This document shows positions 39,218 through 49,601 of a stretch of DNA of 64,000 bases, one piece after another. The DNA comes from Chara braunii. Taxonomy: Eukaryota; Plantae; Charophyceae. Numbering within the stretch: the stretch's first letter is position 1; every line of letters starts with the position of its first letter. The notes beneath the pieces are model-generated. The model saw nothing but the letters and a program-made list of their open reading frames with translations. It had not been told where the DNA came from and did not search any database. Location: contig BFEA01000024.1 of assembly GCA_003427395.1 (NCBI GenBank), forward strand, positions 1,695,361 to 1,759,360, read 5' to 3'. The position numbers and the translations under genes were made by a program.

Positions 39218-40707
39218 TGTCGAGCGCATCGGTCCGGCACCGCACGAGGCAGCGCAGGACCCTCTCGGCCGCGTCACGCAGGAGTTGGACCAACCTTGTC
39301 GTGAACACACAAATGAAGCTTCCTTAGGACCCTCCAGCCGAGTGCGCCATCCATACCTCTCGCGAGCCCCTACGACAGGATAGGGCCTATGTGAGGCACA
39401 ACTTACCTCCACCTTACGACAGCTGTCACCTCCCTTCGGTGGGCGTATCCCCGCCGAGCTACGAGTCCACAGTACGAAAGCTACTCGGTTGCAATCGCAG
39501 AGGTGGACCAGCCAAGGGCGTTTCTTGTTCACTGTAGCATAGGGGGTACGCGCGGTAATACGCCTATCGGACCCGCACGCGAGCCGGCATTTTGGGGGGC
39601 TGAGGTCCCAAGCGCGACTCGTCGTCGGTCGACTAGGACGCATCCCACACACCACGCGCACACCACTTTACGAACACAAAAATAAAACACAAACACACGC
39701 ACACACAACACGACACAAAATAAACAACGCGACAACTCTCCTAGTCCCTCGATAGTCAACCCATAACTTTCCGATGCGGAAATCGAATAGGCGTCGCGCG
39801 CGAGACGCAATATAAAACCGCGCGGACGCAGGGCTAACTCATATCGACTTGCAATGCAAATGTGCGCAAGAAGTCACAATGAAGGCGTACTATATAGTAC
39901 CCATGCTCATGTGGTCCCCGTTAATCGCGAGGGTCGCACTCGACACCCAAGTGTCGGCTGACACGCGCCTTGAGGGTTAATCTCTCGACGCCGGACAACC
40001 GCCATGCGCGGTTGAAGACCACACCCTCTTCTGCACCCTGTGCAGAGGGGTTGAGTAGACAACTTTAAGCTGTCGTGGCGGTCAAATATCAAGGGGTTTG
40101 ACTTTGACTGCTGCCACGGACTATAACGTCCAACTATAAAAATCTCTAAAAAGCAAAGGGTGAAAAGGAATCTTTTTTTTTCTCTCGAGCCATAATCTGG
40201 TTAACCCTTGCGCACGATCATAATAAGTTGAGCGCATGCCCAAGACACATATAAATATATACATAAGGCTTATTTATATAGGACGATCATTTCTCACAGT
40301 CACAGTGGGACTCCTCTCAGCCATATACACATGTAATCGCAGACAGTCACATCCAGAGTTCGAACCACAACCATACCTGCAGCCAAATCAAAGATCAACA
40401 AAAGTCCACGCACTACACGGGGTCAACTTCAACCATTCTCTAGGTTCATACCCTTTTCTTTAGCCATACAAACCTCACTCTTGTGCAACTTCCCAAAATA
40501 ATTTACTCTGTACTTTTGTTAAATGGCCATTCAATAAAGTTCGGGTGAAAACACAATGAAACAATTCAAACCACAGGGCTAAAGCCTTTAGGTTGAGTGG
40601 CAAGAGTGGATTGGAGTTGAGTCGCAAACCGACGAATCGACAACCGACCTGTTATTAGTGATAACAGAAGATGATCCTCGTAGGATCAAGTTGAATCTAG
40701 TCCAAAT

Positions 40708-41126
40708 CCTGAATCAACACGATCCGGAGGACCTGTAACACAAGACAGGTCAATACCCACGGCTAAATCTATAAGTTCATGGAGAATAATCCCCATATCA
40801 CGATCCCACTCAAAACATCATAATTAACCTGAATCAACACGATCCAGAGGACCTGTNNNNNNNNNNNNNNNNNNNNNNNNNNNNNNNNNNNNNNNNNNNN
40901 NNNNNNNNNNNNNNNNNNNNNNNNNNNNNNNNNNNNNNNNNNNNNNNNNNNNNNNNNNNNNNNNNNNNNNNNNNNNNNNNNNNNNNNNNNNNNNNNNNNN
41001 NNNNNNACCTGAATCAACACGATCCAGAGGACCTGTAACACAAGACAGGTCAATACCCACAGCTAAATCTATAAGTTCATGGAGAATAATCCCCATATCA
41101 CAATCCCACTCAAAACATCCTAATTA
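40708..41126. repeat. ~120-bp tandem repeat spanning an N gap
   Basis: CCTGAATCAACACGATCC.GAGGACCTGT starts at 40708, 40828 and 41008. Each full unit contains GACCTGT-N8-ACAGGTC. Confidence 0.88.
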
Positions 41127-41841
41127 ACTAAGTCTAAGTCTACCCTCAAGCAGTGCCCAAAGCAAAGGTAGATCAATGGCAGAATCTCCCCTATTCAGGG
41201 TGGATCGCCAGAATCGTCACCTGTCAAAATATAATCTATCTCCTCTACATTAGGAAAATTTCGGCAGCGCTTCGCGTAGGAAAAGTGCCTTTTCAGAATT
41301 TATATCAACCCGAATATGAAACCAAAAAAATAGCCTTTGACTTTTCAAAGTTCAATTTTGTCTAACTCCCTGAATTAGCAAAACTTTGGGCAACACTCCT
41401 TTTAGAAAAGGAGACTTTCCAGATTTTTACTAAGTCATATACGAACCTTGGACAAGTTGAACTTTGAAAAGTTAAAAATTTGACTAACTCCTTGGATTTG
41501 CAGAAATTTCGGCAGTGCTTCCTGTAGGGAAAGTAGCTTACCAAGATTTATACAAAGCCAAGTATAATAAAAGATCTCAGAAAATGCGAGAATCGATCTA
41601 AGTAAAATAAACTTAGCTCGGAAAATGCAGAAATTGAGCTAACTTCTATCACTCTAGCACGTGGCGAGCCTCTAAAGCAACTACCTGTCAACTAAAACTC
41701 AGACCAAGTAGTAACTTCACTCAGCCACATGCAGGCCAAACCACAAAGGTAAGTACTATCGCCACCCAAAGTTAATTTAGCAAACAATAGTTCATAGTCT
41801 TTCAATTATTTAACCCTTTACTCCCGGCTTACATAGGGCAT

Positions 41842-42672
41842 TGAGATTGGTCATTCATCTTAGAAACAATGTCAACCCTCTGCCTTAATTATACATGAAC
41901 AGGCTGCACAACTACTTTTCTCTTCATTGGGGCACATGACTAAGCCATTCATCTTAGAAACCATGCTTAGTCGCCCTGAACTGTTTAAGTAACCAATTTA
42001 TATATACTTCTTTAAACTTAATCTTCAAGAATGAGCGTAGGACTGAGTCATTCATCTTAGAAACAATACTCAGTCGGCCCAAGTTACCTTCACTTATAAT
42101 TCTTGATTATACTCTTTTCGTTTGTGATAAGGCTATAGTCAGGTCATTCATCTTAGAAACAATGTCTGACTAACCTTGTTCGTATATAAGTACATATATA
42201 TACAACATTATAGAGAATTATATTTCTTCGTTCTTATTATGGTCCTGAGGCCTCAGACTTAGACCATTCATCTTCGAAACAATGTCTAGTCCTCTGGCCC
42301 TGAATCTTCCCTCAGAACAAAAACAATCAAGGAGAAATGAGTCATTCATGTTAAAAACAATGCGCAGCTCTCCATTTTTAAGCACACAAAAAAAACAGAG
42401 TACCCTGGGTCTGACCCAGAGACTGTTCAGAAACCACCCAAGTAAAACAGCAGTCAGACTATTCATCTTAAAAACAATGTCCGACCCTCAAAAGTCAAGC
42501 AAGCAATACCCCTGAAGAATAAGTAGCCAGACCATTCAACTTAGAAATAATGTCTGGCACAATTAAAGAAACACAACAATCAAGTCATTCATCTTAGAAA
42601 CACTGCTTGGTTCCTCAGAAAACAGAACAGAACACAGCAGTCGGGCCATTCATCTTAGAAACAATGCCTGAC
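41842..42672 (+). repeat. Array of ten stem-loops with a conserved 19-nt loop and variable covarying stems
   Basis: Core CATTCATCTTAGAAACAAT (0-2 substitutions) starts at 41852, 41946, 42049, 42145, 42265, 42343, 42460, 42533, 42586 and 42647. Each is closed by a different inverted repeat. Confidence 0.92.
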
Positions 42673-42889
42673 CCTATAAGACCCATTCAACCGCAAGCAA
42701 AACTACCTTCCTCCCAACCTTCCCCCTGATGCAACCCTCTGTGACAATCTGCTTTCAGGTCAATCAAGGAAACTGAAACTGTCATTATACATGCATTCTT
42801 TTAGTTGGTTTGAATTGTGTCCTGAAAGTCAATCCAAAAACCAAAGTAAGTGTTGCATACAAGCCAATCGGTCAATACATAGGGAGGTG

Positions 42890-42921
42890 TATAAATAGGG
42901 GTTATACTGGGTTTATATAGA
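42890..42921. promoter_or_regulatory. Candidate TATA boxes in both orientations
   Basis: TATAAATAG on the plus strand at 42890 and CTATATAAA on the minus strand at ~42912-42920, just right of the hairpin array. Motif match only. Confidence 0.3.
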
Positions 42922-45900
42922 GGGGGAGCAATGATTACCTTTCAGTTTCCTGCCTCCAGAACTCCTCCTGAGTTCCGACAGAGCTCCCGCAATCGGTGGG
43001 GTGAACCTCCCACAGAGGCCTTGGCGCAGATTACGGGTTGCAATCCCGCCTGCCGCCTTCCTCTCAGAACCAATAGACTAGACTTAGAAGAAGAAGGGCA
43101 GAAGGAGACACTTTGAGACTCTCCGATCCAAGAGGGGTGCACTCAGACTCGCGCGAGAGGGCCTTGGTTCCTTGACCCGCCTGAGGGCCCCGCAATGACG
43201 GCCAACATAACAGCTCGTTCAACTCTCAAAGTCAAACTGTTGAACCAGACTCTCCTGACGGACTCCCAAATCGCAACAATAACCCCCTTCACGTCTACTC
43301 CTCCAAGCCGCGGCAGCAACCTCCCTTGCAGCCTAACCACCCCCTCATACCCTGACCTCTCCTCAAGTCACACCTCTTCAGCCTTCAACTAAAACGCCCT
43401 GACGCAACCTTGAGATGTTGTGTTCAAATAAGACCCATCCCTATGATCCACGAGGGTACACCCTCAGCAACAAAATGTAGCCCCAATGAGGGAGAATATA
43501 CAACGGAGAGCACGACAGAAAGCACTGCAACGCAGTTATCAACCACTAGTCAACGCAGCAAAGGACCGTAGTTCTCCGTATACCGTGTCAGTTCGCGACC
43601 TGAAACTCAGCCGTCTCGGCCAACTTCGGTTCCTTAGTAACAACGCTGACTTTTATTGCCGTGTCAGTAGACAGGGGCCCTAACATCATGCCCCTGTTAT
43701 CCTAGGCTCCCTCTTCCTGGCTGCCTCATGTACTCTTATCATTAGGATAAGCCACGCACCGGCCAATATCCAAGCCCTCAACCTCGTGGTCGGACTCGCG
43801 CTATCTCAACTGATAGGATGGGCAGTGCTCCCGCTGCAGGCAGGCCTTAACTCGCAACCTTTCGTAACTCCTTCGTTCAACGAGATGAGTACTACATCGG
43901 TAGGAGGTAAGTTCTCCATCCCCACTGCTCACCTCCCGCCCTCTCACTTCAATGAGAAAGACAGCTCCTCGGTGGTTTAGTAATGCCCCCAAGTCTTGTG
44001 GCTAACCTTACCACGACGGGCCGTGTATGGGTCAACGGGTAAGTCTTTTTCTCCTCTCCCAATGTGCTCGGCCGACCTTTCAGTCATGGCATAATCAGGA
44101 GTCAGTCGCGCAGCTCATGGCGACTCAGAGGGAGTAACTGTAGCGTGTAACCAGGCAGTACGCGCTCTAAGCAGCACGCCGTTCCTCCTTCGATCGCTGA
44201 AACATACTGAAATCGAATGAACCTTCCGCTAAAACGCGGCCAGATGCATTCTCACCTCAAAGTTTTCCTTTACTAACCTACGATTTACTCATCTCTCTTC
44301 CAAACTAACACTACTATTGAAGTCGCCCGACCCTCAAATCTCAAGATAGAGTCCTCCCCTGCGTGATTCTGTTAAGGATCGAGCTTGCTACTAACTTTCT
44401 CCTTCATCATATTCAGCCTCTCCCGTTCACCACCTCCCACAGCCTTTTTCCGTCTGACTCCCATCTCACTAAGTTTTATACTAATCTAACCCTGTCAATG
44501 AATTCGTCCTGCCCAAAAATATTGAACTAACAGTTTCTCTCACCCGTTTCCATCGAGGAACGAGTNAAATCTCCGTNCCNCCGCCCCGCCATATCCATCC
44601 TCGTGGCTTTTCCGCGCGGCACTTTTCTCCATTAACACCTATTCTACCAGCCTAACACCCAAACTAACTTCACCATCCTACTCGCCTCGCCAAAAAAACC
44701 CCTATATTGCATCTTTCCCCGCCTGATTCCATCAAGGAACAGGCGGGCTATACGATTTTCCCCTCGGTCATATCGTCGTCCCGCCATATCCCCCCGCACC
44801 ATATCTTCCACTAATCTCCTATTCTACTAACTTGCTAACTAATCTAGCCTCACAGTCGTGTTCGCCCGGGGTTAAAACCCCCGGATCACCTCTCTACTCG
44901 TCCGACTCCGCAAGGAATCGAGCGAGCCATGCATATCCCGTTGCGCCTTACTCCGCTCCCCCGCCATCCTCGACTTTGGCCCGTATGCACCTGGCGCGGT
45001 CCTGCGCCCAGGTTCATTTCTGGGTTTTTCCTTCCTCCTTCAACGCCCGTCGCGCCCTGCCCGTTGCCTCGTCACCCGTTGCTAGCTCCGCCTCACCCCT
45101 CATGTTGAGCACCGCAGCTGCGCTGTCTCAGCGCTCGCCCGACAGTCGCCCCTTAGCTGTCTGTCCGTCGCTCTGCTGCGCCATCACCCGCCCCGCAGCT
45201 GCGCAGCACTGTCTGACTAGCCCCACCGGCCCCGCGAAGGCAAGAACTGACAAAGGAGAAAAACCCAAAACGCACGGCCCCTCCTCCGCTTTATACATTT
45301 CTCCCGGCCGCGCTAATCTCCTCTGTATCGTTCCAATTTTAACAGATGTTCCGAAGGAGCAAGCCCCCCCCCCCCGTTTTTGCACGCGCCTATCCCACTT
45401 TACGTCCGGGTTCACCCCCGGACTCACGAGCACCGGCCTTACACAGTGCCCTGGCCGACCCTTCCCGTCTCAACCCAGCTTTTACGGATGCCCCGACGGC
45501 ACAACCCGAGCTGCGGGGTCAATCAGCCCCAGCCCCCAATTCCGCCATCTGGGTTCAGACCCCGGTCTGTGCTCCGACGCCCAATGGCGTACCCACTGAA
45601 CTAGGCTTGGGGGTCCCGTACCGCCCGCGGCGCATCACGGCCCCTCTATAGCCCTAAGGACAAAAGGCAAGATAGAGTAATTAGAAAGAAAGAAAAATTG
45701 AAACAGGCCCCAAAAAAGGAAGGAGCAGGCCACCGCGGGCCCTACTGTAAAAAAAAGAAAACCTTTTAGCCTTGTGGCGTGGGCCCGTATCCGGGCTCTC
45801 CCAGCAAAAACTGAGGGGAATAGTCCCGCGGGACCCTCAACCCCTCAGCTTTCGCTGCTCCATTGCTCCTGCGCCGCCGTCCACCCGCCTTGAACCTCGT

Positions 45901-46479
45901 ACCTTCGTCGTGCAAACCCAGTACCGTAACCTATAGGGCTAAGCCCAAGCTTGAGACAAATGGGTGCGGACTCCGATATGAAGTGGTGCCGCTCGGTGCC
46001 TAGGCCTGGGAAGAACAGCCTACGCCCCTTTCCTGTCTACAACCAACGTGCCGTCCCTAGGCACCCTCGCCGGCCTACCCGGACCGCGCCGTGGCTGCCC
46101 CGCGCCCTCCTATACGCCCCATTTACCGCACAAGGTCGCCCCGTCGCTGTCGATGCCGTCGTCCTCGCACGCGCGCTCGCCTCGGTCAAACGTACCAATC
46201 AAAGGAAAATACCCTTACTTCCTGCTAAAAAAATGATAATAATAACATTAGACAAAACGAACGATGTTCGTGCCGACTTTCTGATCAACAACAGAAAAGG
46301 AATCACGCGCGCCTTAAACCTGTGCGCCCACACACTCTCTATTATAGTCAACCATTTAGTCAACATAGACCATAGACGCAGTCGCGCCTAGCGCGGTATA
46401 CTTAGACCTTAAACCAAACTATTTCCTGTCGCTTGCAAAAACCCGGGCGGATACCCCTGTAAGGGTATTCGCGTCGACA

Positions 46480-47110
46480 GCGCTGTCGACACAACTTTCT
46501 CTTCCCCGATCCTACGCTTCTCTTTCCTCCTCTCGATTGCGTCTACCAACCTTGCTGCCTCATGTTTCACCTCCTCACTTTCGTCTTCTGACTCATCAAT
46601 GTAACTACATATTTCCCTCAACATCCGCGCTTTCGCCCTCGGCGACTTCTTCTTTATTATTGGCACAACCGTGTTGTGCACCGGTTTAGAATGTTTAGTC
46701 ATCAACTTCGCTAATCTTGCTTCAAGACGTGCTTCTCGCGCTTCCGCTTCTCTCAATCTCTCCGCTTCTTTCCTCACCTCTTCTTGCTTCCTCCTCTGCT
46801 CTTCTCGTTCTAAATCACTCTTTTCTTCCTCCATCTTCTTCCTCTGTATCTTCTTACGAAAATACATCTTTATTTCATTCATCTCTTCGTCCACCGTTCC
46901 TGATCCCTGCCCTGGTTGGTTCTGTGCAGGTGGCTTCCCATTCCCGGCGGCCCAACAGTTCCGGGCATAATGACCGATCTTTCCACAAAGATAGCAGGAC
47001 ACAACTACAGGTGGGTTGACCGCTGGGGGGACTCCCGGCAACACCCCCGGCATAACCCCCGTGTATACAGGTACTTGTGTTTGAGGCATAAACTGCTGAG
47101 GGTTCGCCAT
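46480..47110 (-). pseudogene. PLE-1 ORF1, N-terminal part: CCHC zinc knuckle and coiled coil (Gag-like)
   Basis: ATG at 47110; CYLCGKIGHYARNC (CX2CX4HX4C); long E/K/R-rich helix. Confidence 0.8.
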
Positions 47111-47637
47111 CTCAGCTACCCCTCCTACCTTGTCTCCTTCTCCTACACCTTTGATTCCTTATCAAACACCCTATACTATGTGCCCTTCCCAGAACTAATT
47201 CAAGATACCCAATTGCTTCCTCCTTACTTTCTTGATCTCCGAAGTGCAAAGCCACAAAGATTGCGGGAGTAAGTGTAAACTCAATCAGCCTCTGTAGCTC
47301 AATCCACTGCCGTTCAAGTTCTAAATCCCTGAAGTTACGCGTCGACATCACTCCTACTTCCTATCGAGTACTTACATGTGACCGAAAATTTTAGAACAAC
47401 TGTCCGTTCACTATTGAGATTCTTACCATCGGTAAATTGAGACAATATCAGTCCACCTATTACCGAGACATACACGCACCCCCATACGGCTAGTTTCCTC
47501 GTTCCTAGCTTAATCATGCCAGCGTTCTTCCTCTCAAGACGATCACGCTTGAGGTTGTAAACGCAAATGCAAATGCAAATCTTAGCTCGCACGTAGCCAC
47601 CGATCCTATGTCAGCACACGTCGGTTACCACGCTTCC

Positions 47638-48862
47638 AGAGATACGAGTACACACAGATGAAGGTACGTTATGAGGCAGCTGATTGCCAAGAACTCAGTA
47701 ATCACAAAGGAGATCCACTCAAAAAACAGTTCTCCTGTCCAAAAACCATCTCCCTCATGACTGACATATGATCCCACGACGCATCCCTCGACGCGTTTCG
47801 TTGCTGGCGCTACAGCAACTCATCAGGAGGCTTACCCAAAGGTAAGTACAACTCATAGTGAGAATCCCCGTTCCTCCACCAGCTTTTATACCGTTGTTCT
47901 TTGTTCCGCCGCACCTGTAAGTACCTATGATGCCGTTCGCAGCTAGCTATCTTCTACCTCCTATCTCATAAACTCCCCCTGAGTTCGCACCTTCGTCCTA
48001 CCCTTCTCTTCTATCACCCGCCTCCCATTCCCTCGTGCACTATCCCCATACAGTCTTTCCTCGCTCACTCATATCTTTTCCCGCTCCATTTCTTGCCTAT
48101 TTCTGGCTCTGCTCATCGCCCTCTTCCTCTTCTCTTCCCGCCTCCCTTTCGTTTTCACGCCCGTCTCTCCCCCGGATCTCATGCCCTCTGGCTCGCTTCC
48201 TGCTACAGACACTATAGTTAGTGCCTTTGTCTCTGCAAACTCGCGAGACGTTGTTACACCCGACTCTTCCAGCTTGCGATCCGTTAATGGTATCCAGAAT
48301 CTACTTTTCTCCGCTACCCCGCTAAGCTCAGAGTTCGTGAATATATCCAGTTTCCCGACAATGATCATTTTGCCTCCGACAAGTCTTGTAGGTCCGTCTA
48401 CCCTCGTCGTTGGTCTTCCGTTCTCCATCGTGAAATTGCCTGTTTCCATAAAAATACTTCCCAAAAACTCATATTTTCCCTAGTCCTATTTATCCAGAAA
48501 AACTAATCCCAAACCTTTTTCTCTTTCCCACCTCAAAAGAAATAGAAACGTCGTAAAAGAAATCGTAAAAAAGGGAATTCGTCAGCAAAAAGAAACCGAT
48601 TTGAAAAAAATTCGAATTAAAAAAAGTGCAGAACATTTAAAATACATTCGTCCGCCGATCTTCTTCCTGTTAGCCCCTCGATCCCACATATCATCCTACC
48701 GAAGTAACCCGCAAAAGTCCCTACGATACTTGCATCAGCCGATCTTTACGCTGTTAGCCCCTTATAGTCGTATCATTCTAGCGATACTTCGATATTCCGG
48801 GGTACAGCGCAGGGAGTTTAACCCCCCACGGACCACCAGAAAGTTTAGCAAACCTAGCTAAC

Positions 48863-48865
<3 letters not shown>
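47638..48865 (-). repeat. PLE-1 5' pseudo-LTR
   Basis: Direct repeat of 35953-37168, followed by (GA)n at 48867-48940. Confidence 0.92.
47786..47830 (-). ncRNA. Type I minimal hammerhead ribozyme (second copy)
   Basis: CCTC-CTGATGA-GTTGCTG(TAGCGC)CAGCAAC-GAAA-CGCG-TC-GAGG with a perfect 7-bp stem II. Confidence 0.93.
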
Positions 48866-48945
<80 letters not shown>

Positions 48946-49601
48946 AACATTCATCCCTCCTCCCTTCTCCCCATATATACCTTCATTCCCTCATCAAAGG
49001 ACGCAAAGAAACAAAATTGCAATCGATTGCACATCCGGGCCGCTTTGTTTTGTATCACGTCGACGATTTTTTTTTTTGGGGGGGTGGGCGGGGTACAATA
49101 GGACGAAACACAGAGATAACTCCCTGCTCCTCTCATAATAAGAGAGAGAGACAAACAAAGACATAGAAAGACAAAGACACTGAAACAGAGAAAGAAACAC
49201 AAAAACATAGAGAGAAAAAAAAAAAGAGAAAGACACATGGACAAACAAAAAAAAACAGAGAAAGAAAGACAGAGACAACACACAAAGACAGAAACACAGA
49301 AAAACAAGGACAAACAGAAACAAACCAAAAACCTTGCCCGTTGTCTTTGATGTTGCATGTATAACATGATGTTCTCTGCCCTCCGGAATCTGACAATCGT
49401 TTCCTTTTTCGTTTTCCTTTTGGTTGTTGTGTTTCTTCCTCTCAATTTCCTTCCTCAGCCGGTCCTTCTCACTCACATGCTCTTCATGCTCAATGACAAC
49501 ATGATCATAGACAAGCGCAAATTCGCAGAATCTTGCCGCGCATCAATGTTGCACGTCTTTAAGCAATTGCACTTATCCTTCAACACTTTATTGTCGATGT
49601 C

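Larger units (their letters stand above)
39218..46479. mobile_element. 7.26-kb non-coding insertion with TG...CA ends (giant solo-LTR-like or non-autonomous element)
   Basis: Left end TGTCGAGCGCAT; right end reverse complement TGTCGACGCGAAT. GCGC is duplicated on both sides (an alternative reading is a 10-bp TSD, GCGCTGTCGA, at 39214 and 46480). It interrupts PLE-1 ORF1 and has no recognisable protein domain. Confidence 0.75.
35953..48865 (-). mobile_element. Penelope-like retroelement PLE-1 with N-terminal GIY-YIG (Chlamys-type domain order) and ~1.2-kb direct terminal repeats
   Basis: 35953-37168 is nearly identical to 47638-48865, and each copy holds a hammerhead. EN and RT lie inside. 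(GA)n flanks both ends. Confidence 0.88.

Noticed and set aside
41852-42665. Hairpin-ribozyme loop B (AGAAACA) or hammerhead (GAAAC) resemblance in the loop
   Set aside because: There is no loop A or helix 3 partner and no CUGANGA core, so the match is to a short motif only.
41842-42672. CRISPR array interpretation of the repeat-spacer pattern
   Set aside because: The repeat is only 19 nt, spacing is very uneven (53-120 nt), the palindromy lies in the variable flanks instead of the repeat, there are no cas genes, and the context is eukaryotic.
35953-48865. True LTR retrotransposon reading of the 1.2-kb direct repeats
   Set aside because: There are no TG...CA ends, PBS, integrase or protease. 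The repeat overlaps the RT C-terminus and contains a hammerhead, as in PLE pseudo-LTRs.
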